Source: Planctomycetota bacterium (lineage in GTDB: Bacteria; Planctomycetota; GCA-002687715; DRQF01). Taken from it: a DNA stretch of 64,000 nt. Both the position numbers and the translations under genes were made by a program. The notes below the pieces were generated by a model. The model was not told the origin of the DNA. It was given only the letters and a program-made list of their open reading frames with translations, and made no database searches. The first letter of the stretch is position 1, and each line of letters begins with the position of its first letter. The stretch lies in NCBI GenBank assembly GCA_027001995.1, contig JALTLO010000197.1, positions 31,299-95,298 on the forward strand, given 5' to 3'. Shown piece by piece: positions 27,406-36,350 of this stretch.

Positions 27406-29571
27406 ATGGCCCGTTTTCTCTCACTTATTCTCCTTTGTATCGTCTTTGTCGGTTGCAACCAAGAAGAAGCGCCTGCTCCCCAGGAAGAAACACAAGTCGT
27501 CAGTGCCTCTCCTCAGTCTTCCCAGCCTCCCCAAGTCAATGAGACGATTGGCCAGCAACCGTCACCATTGCCAAGACGGTCCCTTGCTATCCGCACTGAG
27601 GATGCTGACGGCAAGTCTCTTGGGGGCGTGAACATTTATTTGATCGAGGAGCTGGTGCAAACGGATGCTGAGGCTTTCTTGGGGGTTGGAGGTGTTCTCC
27701 GCTGGGTGAGTCGCCTTAATAGCGAAAGCCTGCGAGGGAAGAGCAATCAGGATGGGCATTTCGATTTGCCACTTCCGCGCCGGGGCGAAGTCTGGATTGT
27801 GGCTCAGCAGGGCGAGGCCTTGGCGGATGCTGTGGTTGATGTGTCCTGCACTGATGTGCTGTTGCTGGTGCCCAAGAACGACAAACGACTCCGTTTTCAA
27901 GTGGTGGACTCACTGGGGAAGCCGAGATCCGGCGTCCATGTGGGTGTCTGCGCCACCAAGAAAGATCGTCGTCTACTTGGCGTTCGTCCCAGTGACGAAA
28001 ATGGTTGGGTGACTTTTGATCATCCCAAACGCTGGCTCGAGCCAGCGAGTCGGTCGAGATTTGACAACATTGTTGTGGGCGTCGCTGAGGTGTTCGAAAA
28101 TCCCATTCGTCACTTAGTCATCGGATTTGACCATCCTCAAGCAGTTCCTTTGCCTCCTTATTGCTCAGTTGCCGTTTCTCTCCAGAAATCTGACCAGCGG
28201 TCGATTCTTCATTTGGCCACGGTGAGCAAGGAGAAAAAGAAGCGCCTTCTGATCCCGAATCGACCAGACTTCCTGCGGCGGAGCCAGCGCGCCCTAGCGC
28301 CTGGGCAAACCACGGTGATCTTTCCCTATGTTGGCCTGGACTTGGATCTGGAATTGCAGCGGCAGGATGGTCCACAGGAATACTGTCCATCGCAATTCTT
28401 ACGGGGGGCTGGTTTGGCTCAAGGCCAGGTGTCCTTCAAGCTGAAGGCAGAGGGGCGATTCGCCCAGATCCCAGTGCGTCTCGTAGATGTGAGGGGTGAG
28501 CCTTTGGCCCACTGCAATTTTGCTGTGGAGGGGAAGGATCAGAGGTCTCAGCGATACGTCCTCAATGCTAAAACAGATGAAGAAGGCCGTTGCCGCCTAA
28601 CCTTTCCTTTTCTCTTAGCCAAGGATACCCAGCCCGGGAAACCTTTGGCCTTACCTTTGGGATTGGTCATGTCCTTTGACGCTCCAGAAAGGACCTTGGA
28701 CTTGGCGGCCAACTTGGCTCTTACTTGGCGGAAGAGTGAATACATCATCACCATGAAGGACATGGTGACTGCCGCCAGTGGTATGGTGAAGGATGGTCAA
28801 GGCCAGCCCCTGGAATATGCCCATGTGACTTTGGAGTTGCTACGCAAGTCTGGCTATTGGCCTTTGCCCTCTAAGAGGCCAACTCTCACCAATGCTCAAG
28901 GCCGATTTCGCCTGAGTGCGCTTCCTCTTCGGGGGATCTTTCGCTTGAAGGCCGAGCGTTTCGACCATGAAACCTCCTATACTTCAAACATCCAGGTCGG
29001 CATGACGGGCATTCAAATCCGGCAAGAAAAAAAGAGTGAGGTTGTTGGTGATGTCTTGGTCGATGAGATCTTTCAATCGGAACATTTGGTCGCTCTTTTT
29101 CGCGAACGGGGGAAATCTCAGGAGTTAGCATTTCCTCTGCACCGCAAAGAGGGTGGGAAGCGCGTGCTCGACAGTGGCTTCTTGATTCCCGGTATCTATG
29201 ACCTTGTCATTATGCAGAACAACGTCGTTGGGCGCCTGCACCGCTTGGAGGCCGTGAGAATCCCCTTTCGAGGCCGTCAGAAGCCCCGAGAACTTGATCC
29301 TCTCGACCTGAAGGGCAAGTTTCGTTCTCTGACTCTCACCGTCCTTGACAAGTCAGGGAAGGCAATTCCTCATGTTCTGGTCGAGTTGTCGACCCCCGCT
29401 GGCGCTGATCTCTCCTATCGCCAAATAAAGGGAACTTCCGAAGCCGGTATCGTTCGTTTCCTTGCTCCTAGAGGGCCTCTTTCTGCCGAAGTAACCCTAA
29501 ATTTGAAAAAGAGCTTCGCGGCCACAGTAGATTCAGAAGTCGCCAAATACACGATTCAAGCCACTGAATAA
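27406..29571 (+). CDS. Putative lipoprotein with carboxypeptidase-regulatory-like repeats
   Basis: MARFLSLILLCIVFVG-C lipobox-like signal; repeated V.D..G.P / TD..G units; upstream in-frame extension to 27007 overlaps the divergent gene and is rejected. Confidence 0.68.
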   Translation: MARFLSLILLCIVFVGCNQEEAPAPQEETQVVSASPQSSQPPQVNETIGQQPSPLPRRSLAIRTEDADGKSLGGVNIYLIEELVQTDAEAFLGVGGVLRWVSRLNSESLRGKSNQDGHFDLPLPRRGEVWIVAQQGEALADAVVDVSCTDVLLLVPKNDKRLRFQVVDSLGKPRSGVHVGVCATKKDRRLLGVRPSDENGWVTFDHPKRWLEPASRSRFDNIVVGVAEVFENPIRHLVIGFDHPQAVPLPPYCSVAVSLQKSDQRSILHLATVSKEKKKRLLIPNRPDFLRRSQRALAPGQTTVIFPYVGLDLDLELQRQDGPQEYCPSQFLRGAGLAQGQVSFKLKAEGRFAQIPVRLVDVRGEPLAHCNFAVEGKDQRSQRYVLNAKTDEEGRCRLTFPFLLAKDTQPGKPLALPLGLVMSFDAPERTLDLAANLALTWRKSEYIITMKDMVTAASGMVKDGQGQPLEYAHVTLELLRKSGYWPLPSKRPTLTNAQGRFRLSALPLRGIFRLKAERFDHETSYTSNIQVGMTGIQIRQEKKSEVVGDVLVDEIFQSEHLVALFRERGKSQELAFPLHRKEGGKRVLDSGFLIPGIYDLVIMQNNVVGRLHRLEAVRIPFRGRQKPRELDPLDLKGKFRSLTLTVLDKSGKAIPHVLVELSTPAGADLSYRQIKGTSEAGIVRFLAPRGPLSAEVTLNLKKSFAATVDSEVAKYTIQATE

Positions 29572-29670
29572 GATGTTTCCCGGGTTCCCATAACATTCGC
29601 TTGTTGCTGACCCCCTTTGTCCATATTTTGAGGGCGTTGCCGATATTGGCCTCTGGGACAAAAGAAACCT

Positions 29671-31146
29671 ATGTGCGGATTCATTGGTATTTACGGCCCC
29701 GACGGGGTGGACGTTGCTCCTGAGATTTATGAAGGGCTGCTGGCAGTTCAGCACCGGGGGCAGGACGCAGCCGGCATTATCACCTTCACAGATGCTTTTC
29801 ATCTGCGAAAAGATGAGGGGCTTGTCATTGAGGTCTTTGGCAAGAAACACATGCAAAGGCTTCGGGGCAACCTGGGACTGGGGCATGTGCGTTATCCGAC
29901 GATCGGGGCTTCCGGTGGCGAAAACGCTCAGCCCTTTCATCATACTTACCCTTTGGGTGTTGCCATGGCTCACAATGGCAATGTCACCAATGTCGATGAG
30001 TTGATGGCCGATTTTGTTGACCGCAAGCGCACCCGCCTTAACTCAACTTGCGATGTTGAGATTATCCTCTGGGTTTTTCAGGATGTCTTGGCCAATAGGC
30101 TGCGGGCTAGTGGCGAGCTTGGTCCTGAAGATGTTTTCGCTGCGGTTGAAGCCGTGCACCAAAAGGTGAAAGGCGCTTACTCTGTGGTGGCGACGGTGGC
30201 AGACTTAGGCATGGTCGCCTTCCGTGATCCTTATGGCATCAAGCCAATCATCTTTGGCAAACGAGAAGACGAACTCGGAACATCATTCGCTTGCGCTTCT
30301 GAAAGTGTCGTGCTGGATGTCAACGGCTACACGAAGACTCAGGATATCGGCCCAGGTGAAGCCCTTTTCATCGACGAAAACCGTGACATTCACCACAAGA
30401 AGTTGGGCAAGGAAGAGCACACACCTTGCATTTTCGAGTGGGTCTATTTCTCACGTCCAGATTCTTTCTTGGATGACGTCTCGGTTTACAAGACTCGACG
30501 ACGCTTTGGCGAGGCTTTGGCAACACAATGGAAAAACAGTGGGGCACCCTGGCCAGATGTTGTCATTCCGATTCCTGATTCCTCCCGGGATGCAGCCTTG
30601 GCAATGGCTCATGATTTGGGAGTACCCTATCGGGAAGGTCTGGTGAAGAATCGTTACATCGGTCGTACATTCATCATGCCAGATCAACAATCTCGCCAGA
30701 AGAGTGTGCGTCGCAAGCTGAATCCCATCCCTCTGGAATTCGAAGGCAAAAACGTTCTTCTCGTGGACGACTCTATCGTACGGGGCAATACCTCGAAAAG
30801 AATCGTCGAAACAGCAAGGGCTTCCGGCGCACAGAATGTTTATTTTGCAGTGACAAGTCCGCCCTTGGTTGCTCCGTGTCCTTATGGCATTGACATGGCT
30901 AGCAAGCGAGAATTTATCGCTGAAGGTAAGACGGTGGAGGAGATTACCACTTCCTTGGGGGTCGATCATCTGGTCTATCTCGACCGCGGCGCCATGAACA
31001 AAGCCGCTCAGGTTGGCAATCCCAAGATTAAGTCGTTTTGCAATGCCTGCTTTACTGGGGTTTACCCCACAGGTGATATCACCGTTGAGCGCCTTCGGGC
31101 CTTAGAATCCGAACGCGCTACCCGGCGAGATAACATTCCGACTTAA
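29671..31146 (+). CDS. purF: Amidophosphoribosyltransferase
   Basis: N-terminal MCG (Ntn Cys), QHRGQDAAGI, GHVRY, AHNGN, CIFEWVYFSRPDS, VDDSIVRGNT, YGID. Confidence 0.97.
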   Translation: MCGFIGIYGPDGVDVAPEIYEGLLAVQHRGQDAAGIITFTDAFHLRKDEGLVIEVFGKKHMQRLRGNLGLGHVRYPTIGASGGENAQPFHHTYPLGVAMAHNGNVTNVDELMADFVDRKRTRLNSTCDVEIILWVFQDVLANRLRASGELGPEDVFAAVEAVHQKVKGAYSVVATVADLGMVAFRDPYGIKPIIFGKREDELGTSFACASESVVLDVNGYTKTQDIGPGEALFIDENRDIHHKKLGKEEHTPCIFEWVYFSRPDSFLDDVSVYKTRRRFGEALATQWKNSGAPWPDVVIPIPDSSRDAALAMAHDLGVPYREGLVKNRYIGRTFIMPDQQSRQKSVRRKLNPIPLEFEGKNVLLVDDSIVRGNTSKRIVETARASGAQNVYFAVTSPPLVAPCPYGIDMASKREFIAEGKTVEEITTSLGVDHLVYLDRGAMNKAAQVGNPKIKSFCNACFTGVYPTGDITVERLRALESERATRRDNIPT

Positions 31147-31171
31147 CTTGAGGGCTGCGGCCTCACTCCAG

Positions 31172-33889
31172 TTAGCGCTCCTCAATTATTTCCAATCGCA
31201 CAGGACAAACCTTGAGTTCTGCAGTTTGGGTGATGGGATCGTAGCCGGAGCCCGTAAGGATATTGACGGGTGTTTCGTTAAACGAGAATGAGCAGAAGAC
31301 AGTCCCACGGGGTGAGCGCTTGTTGGCCTCCACCACGATCTCAACCGAGCCCCGAGCAGACGTCATGCGACAGAGCTTCCCATCGGTAAGGCCCCATTTT
31401 TCGACGTCGTCAGGATGAATTTCTAAGGTCTCTTGGGGCAGTAAATAGTCGATGCCAAAGGAACGTCCCGTCTGGGTACGGGAATGATAAGACTCAAGTC
31501 TTCGTCCAGTGGTGAGCCATACGGGATAGGATTCGCTGATCACTTCTGCCGGGTCACGCAGATTGACAATCTTGAGTTTGCCCTTACCGCTGGGGAATTC
31601 ATCGATATGCAGAATCGGCGTCCCTGTGTGTTCCTTATTGGGAACGGGCCATTGATATTCCCCTTGATCAATGCGATCCCAATCCAAGCCAGCATAAATA
31701 GGGGAGAGTGAGCAGAGCTCATTGAAGACATCTTTGGCAGATTCATAGTCGAAACCCGAGAAACCAAGACGTTTCCCAAGCTCCGAGATGATCCACCAGT
31801 CAGGTTTCGCATCTCCTGGAGGTGGCACGGCCGCCCGAAGGCGCTGAACGCGACGCTCGGTGTTGGTACACACACCATCGGTCTCTCCCCAACTTGATGC
31901 TGGCAAGACCACATCGGCTAGGACGGCGGTCTCTGTCATGAAAAGATCGATGACGACCAAGTGGTCCAATGACTTGAGAGCATGTTCGCAGTGGTCGCGG
32001 TCGGGATCCGTCACCACGGTGTTCTCGCCACCGATGATCATGGCTCTGATTCGGTCGCCACACTGATCTAATGCGGTGACTTTCGTGATGCCTCGTTCTA
32101 AGGACACAGGGGTGCCCCAAGCGGCTTCGAACTTGGCCTGGTTCTTGGGATCATCCACAGGTTGAAAACCAGGATAGTTGTTTGGAAGAGCTCCAACATC
32201 TCCAGCACCTTGAATATTGTTTTGGCCCCGCATGGGGTTGATGCCCGTTCCTTCTTTGCCGATATGCCCAGTGAGAAGGGCAAGATTGCTCAAGCTTTGG
32301 ACGTTGTCAACACCACAAATGTGCTCGGTGATTCCCAAGGTGTAGTAGATGGCGGCCTTCTCAGCTTCACCGTACCAATGGGCGGCCTTCTCGATATCTT
32401 CCGCCGGCACTTGGCAAATGGCCGAAGCCCAACTGGGTGTGAATTCTTTGAGGTGCTGTCTGAGCTCCTGAATCCCTTCCGTTCTTTCGGCGACAAATTC
32501 TTCGTTGACTAAGCCGTCACGGTCGATGACATGGGCCATCGCTAAGAGTAGGGCAACATCGGTTCCGACTTTTAGCGGCAAGTAGAGATCGGCGATTTCG
32601 GCTAATTGAATTTTTCTCGGGTCGGCCACGATGAGGCGGCCGCCATTGGCCAGCCCACGCTTGATGCGAGTCGCCGCCACTGGATGGCATTCCGTCATGT
32701 TGGTGCCGATGCAAAAATAGACGTCGGGCTTTTCCATGTCTTCCAATGGGTTTGACATGGCTCCTCGTCCGATGGTAGCCGCCAGACCGGCGACAGTTGG
32801 AGCATGTCAGGCACGGCTGCAATTATCGATTTGATTGAGTCCCCAACCCGCTCTCATCAATTTTTGCAGGGCGTAAGAAGCTTCATGGGGGGCGCGGCCG
32901 GAGGCGATGGCATAGATGGCCTCGTTGCCATGATCGCGGGAGACCTTTTCGAAACCTTTGGCCGCTACGTCGATGGCTTCTGTCCAACTGACTGGTTCGA
33001 GTTTGCCATTCTTGCGGACGAGGGGAGTTGTGAGCCGATCATCGTGTTGAACAAAGTCGTATGCGAATTGCCCTTTGACGCAAAGAGCGCCCAAGTTGGC
33101 TGGTCCATCCATGGCCGGTTGGATGCCGACAATCTTGTCTTCTTTGGACATAATGTCGACGGAACAACCCACGCCGCAGTAGGTGCAAATGGTTCGTGTT
33201 TTCTTAATGTCGCCAACAGTCTTCCGGTCTCGAAGTGCCTTCTTGTCAGCCAAAGCACCGGTGGGACAGGTCTGGACGCATTGCCCACAGAAGGTACATT
33301 CTGATTCTCTGAGGTCACTGTTGAACTCGGTTGTGATCTGAGTGGCGAACCCTCGGTTCATCACATTGATGGCGTAGTCCCCTTCACGTTCTGCGCAGAC
33401 GCGAACACAGCGGTAACAAGAGATGCACTGGTCGTAGTCTCGCAAAATGAAGGGATTGAGGTCTTCCGTTCGACTGGTTCCAGACTTGGCTCCAGCGAAT
33501 CGCCCGGTGATCGCGTCATAGCGGTTGGCGAGTTGTGTGAGTTCCTGAGAAGCGAAACCGGAGAGCTCGGGGGTTTCAACTTGACGATTCTCAGAAACAA
33601 CCAGCTCCAAGAGTGTCTTACGATCCTTCTCTAATTTGGCGGTGTGGGTATGCACAACCATACCCGGGCTGGCTTTTGTTGTGCAAGAGGCCACAGGGTT
33701 GCGAAATCCTTCGACTTCGACCATACACATGCGGCAACCTCCGAATGCGTCCAGTCGCTTGTCGTAGCAAAGTGTTGGCACTTCTTTCTTGTGGCGCTCG
33801 CTGATTTCGAAGAGAGATTCCCCATGGGAGAATGCGACGACTTCGCCATCGAGAGTCAGTTCATAAGTGTTCTTGGTCTTATCAATCAT
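31172..33889 (-). CDS. fdhA: Selenocysteine-containing formate dehydrogenase alpha subunit (905 aa; Sec361 encoded by TGA at 32809-32807)
   Basis: ORFs 32807-33889 and 31172-32758 are in the same frame; read-through gives DNCSRA-U-HAPTVAGL (active-site C/U-H); 2Fe-2S and 4Fe-4S motifs, CTYCGVGC, LCVKG, RGQNNIQG; SECIS hairpin follows. Confidence 0.93.
32778..32809 (-). promoter_or_regulatory. Sec UGA codon and bacterial SECIS element
   Basis: mRNA UGA-CAUGCUCCAACU-GUCGCC-GGUCU-GGCGGC: stem GUCGCC/GGCGGC with apical GGUCU at the same distance from UGA as the E. coli fdhF SECIS. Confidence 0.85.
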
Positions 33890-35562
33890 GAGTTTGCTTT
33901 CTTGATGGTTGAGGCCAAGTCGTCTGGGAACAGGCGTAATAGGCTTTCAGTGATAAGGGGAGCTGCCATCCCCAAGCCACAAGCGGAGGATGACTTCATC
34001 ACTTGCCCCATATCTTCAACTTCTTCTCGCCAAGCGGCAAATGTATCAGGGCCTGCGCTGCCAGCTAATCGTTCGGTCAATCTTTGGGTCCCGATGCGGC
34101 AAGGGAAACACTTGCCGCAAGATTCATGGGCAAAGAACGCCATGGCCTGTCGTCCCAAATCGACCATGTCTCGTGTTTCGTCGAATATCATGATGCCCCC
34201 AGCACCTAAGAAGGAGCCCTTGGCTCGAACGCTCGGTTCGTCCAGGGTAACCGCGTAGGCATCTTCCGCCCCCAAGAACCCTCCCGACAGTCCCGCCATG
34301 GTGACTGCCTGAAGTTTCTTGCCCCCTGGGATGCCGCCGGCCCATTCTTCGATCAAAGTCTTCAGCGGTAGTCCTAAGGGCACTTCGTAGTTTCCAGGCT
34401 TTTCAATGTCACCGGACAGACTGATGAGCTTCGTCCCTTTGTGATCTCCAAGTCCCAAGGCCGCATAGCGTGCAGCACCATTCATGACGATCCATGGGAC
34501 GCTGGCCAATGTTTCAACATTGTTAACGGCAGTGGGCAGATCATTGAAGCCATGAGTCACCGGATATGGGGGACGATTGCGGGGGAAGGGGTGTTTTCCT
34601 TCTAAACTATTGAGCAAGGAAGTCTCTTCACCGCAAATGTAGGCACCAGCACCTCGGCGCAGGTGGATTTGGAATTCGTAGCCTGACCCCAGAATGTCTT
34701 TTCCTAAAAGGCCAGCGTCGCGAGCTTCCTGAAGAGCCTGCCCTAGTGTTTTCAATGTTTCTGGGTATTCGTAGCGTAAGTAAATGAAACCTTCGCTGGC
34801 CCCACAGCAAAAAGCGGCGAGGATCATACCCTCAATAACGAGGTGGGGGTCGTGGTCTAAAAGGGTGCGGTCCTTAAAACATCCGGGTTCTCCCTCGTCA
34901 GCGTTGCAGACCACATACTTAGGAGACCCCTGGGCATCGGCAACGGCCTGCCACTTTTCTCCCGTAGGAAAACCTGCTCCCCCTCGGCCAGCCAAACCAC
35001 TGGCCTTCACTTCTGCCAGAGTTCTCTCTCGCCCCAGATCGTTGAGGGCTTTTTCTGCTGCCAAATACCCCCCACTTGCCTGGTAACCAGCCAGTGATTT
35101 TCTGTCCGGATCGCGAATCTCGGCGAAAACACATTCTTCCAGACCACCAGGATTTGGGATGGGGCGTGGTGTTTCCGGGGTGGGAACGATGGCATCGGGA
35201 GCAATCTGGTAGGTGCGATTGCCTCGAAGTGCTGGGATTGGCACATCGCAGCGTCCACTGCAAGGCATCGATCTTGCCCCATCACCTTGCATGGCCTTCA
35301 AGATTTCTTGAGATCCTTTGAGGCTACAAATCGGACCTGTGCAGATGCGCAAATCATCGTGGCTCCCGCTTTCCATACTCAGATGGTCGTAGAAAGTCAC
35401 GGTCCCGAATAGCTCCGCTTTTGGGATGCGGAGTGCCTTGGCTATGGCCAAGATGGCCTCTTCCGTAATCTTCAAGTCGCGTTCGTGAAATGCGTGCAAC
35501 ATACCCAACAAAGGAGCTGGTTGGGTCCGCCACTCTTCAATGATCTTCTCAGTGGATTCCAT
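33886..35562 (-). CDS. NuoE-NuoF fused NAD(H)-binding diaphorase subunit of formate dehydrogenase
   Basis: NuoE-like CTGPIC..CSGRC; NuoF GRGGAGFPTG, NADEGEPG, GAYICGEETSL, ESCGKCFPCR..CGLG; ATGA overlap with fdhA. Confidence 0.92.
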   Translation of the reverse strand: MESTEKIIEEWRTQPAPLLGMLHAFHERDLKITEEAILAIAKALRIPKAELFGTVTFYDHLSMESGSHDDLRICTGPICSLKGSQEILKAMQGDGARSMPCSGRCDVPIPALRGNRTYQIAPDAIVPTPETPRPIPNPGGLEECVFAEIRDPDRKSLAGYQASGGYLAAEKALNDLGRERTLAEVKASGLAGRGGAGFPTGEKWQAVADAQGSPKYVVCNADEGEPGCFKDRTLLDHDPHLVIEGMILAAFCCGASEGFIYLRYEYPETLKTLGQALQEARDAGLLGKDILGSGYEFQIHLRRGAGAYICGEETSLLNSLEGKHPFPRNRPPYPVTHGFNDLPTAVNNVETLASVPWIVMNGAARYAALGLGDHKGTKLISLSGDIEKPGNYEVPLGLPLKTLIEEWAGGIPGGKKLQAVTMAGLSGGFLGAEDAYAVTLDEPSVRAKGSFLGAGGIMIFDETRDMVDLGRQAMAFFAHESCGKCFPCRIGTQRLTERLAGSAGPDTFAAWREEVEDMGQVMKSSSACGLGMAAPLITESLLRLFPDDLASTIKKANS

Positions 35563-35581
35563 GGGTCGTCTCTAGGGGAAC

Positions 35582-36235
35582 TTAGTAGTCGAGGCCCAAC
35601 TTCTTGAGCTTGGGAGTGATAGTGTAGCGGCAATAGGGATTCGCGTTTTTCTTCCGTCGGTAGTAGTCCTGGTGTTCTGCCTTTGCCTTCCAGAAGTGGC
35701 TGGCCTCGGTGATCTCCGTTACGATGGGGTCTGCGAATGCCCCAGACTTTCCTACTTTCATCTTGGAGTCTTCAGCGATTTCTCTCTGCTCAGGGCTGTG
35801 ATAGAAAATCACTGAGCGATATTGAGTCCCTACGTCGTTGCCTTGACGGTTGAGAGTTGTAGGGTCGTGGAGTTTCCAGAACCATCCCAGGAGCTCACGG
35901 TATTTGATCTTGCTTGGATCGAAGTGCACTTGGACCACTTCCGCATGACCGGTGGTGCCCCGGCAAATGTCCTCGTAGCTTGGATCGTTCAGGTGCCCAC
36001 CCATGAATCCGGATTCAATCTTGGTGACACCTTCTACTTGTTGCAAAACAGCTTCGATGCACCAATAGCATCCGGCACCAAGTGTGGCGATTTCGTCGTG
36101 GGAAGTTTGTGGACTCATTTTCTTGGTTTCCTTGGGCCGAGGATTGTTGTTGGTGGCAGTGTCTTCTGGCTTGGAGCCGCAAGCAAAGAGAAAGCAACTA
36201 ACGAAGGTGAGGGTGACAACGAATATTCTGAACAT
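35582..36235 (-). CDS. msrA: Peptide-methionine (S)-S-oxide reductase with predicted lipoprotein signal
   Basis: GAGCYWC, TGHAEV, HDPTTLNRQGNDVGTQYRS, EHQDYY, PYC; N-terminal MFRIFVVTLTFVSCFLFA-C; alternative cytoplasmic start at 36118. Confidence 0.93.
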   Translation of the reverse strand: MFRIFVVTLTFVSCFLFACGSKPEDTATNNNPRPKETKKMSPQTSHDEIATLGAGCYWCIEAVLQQVEGVTKIESGFMGGHLNDPSYEDICRGTTGHAEVVQVHFDPSKIKYRELLGWFWKLHDPTTLNRQGNDVGTQYRSVIFYHSPEQREIAEDSKMKVGKSGAFADPIVTEITEASHFWKAKAEHQDYYRRKKNANPYCRYTITPKLKKLGLDY

Positions 36236-36350
36236 AACATTCCTTACTGGGCGCGATGACTTGAAGCCTATGATAGCTGATACACCCAAGATCGCCATAT
36301 TGTTGCATGTTCGATGAGGATGGGAGGCGGTTTTTTTGACCGCAGAGGTT

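Noticed and set aside
31172..33889. FDH as two genes or a nonsense pseudogene
   Set aside because: The stop is an in-frame TGA at the catalytic Cys/Sec position followed by a SECIS-like hairpin; Sec recoding explains it better
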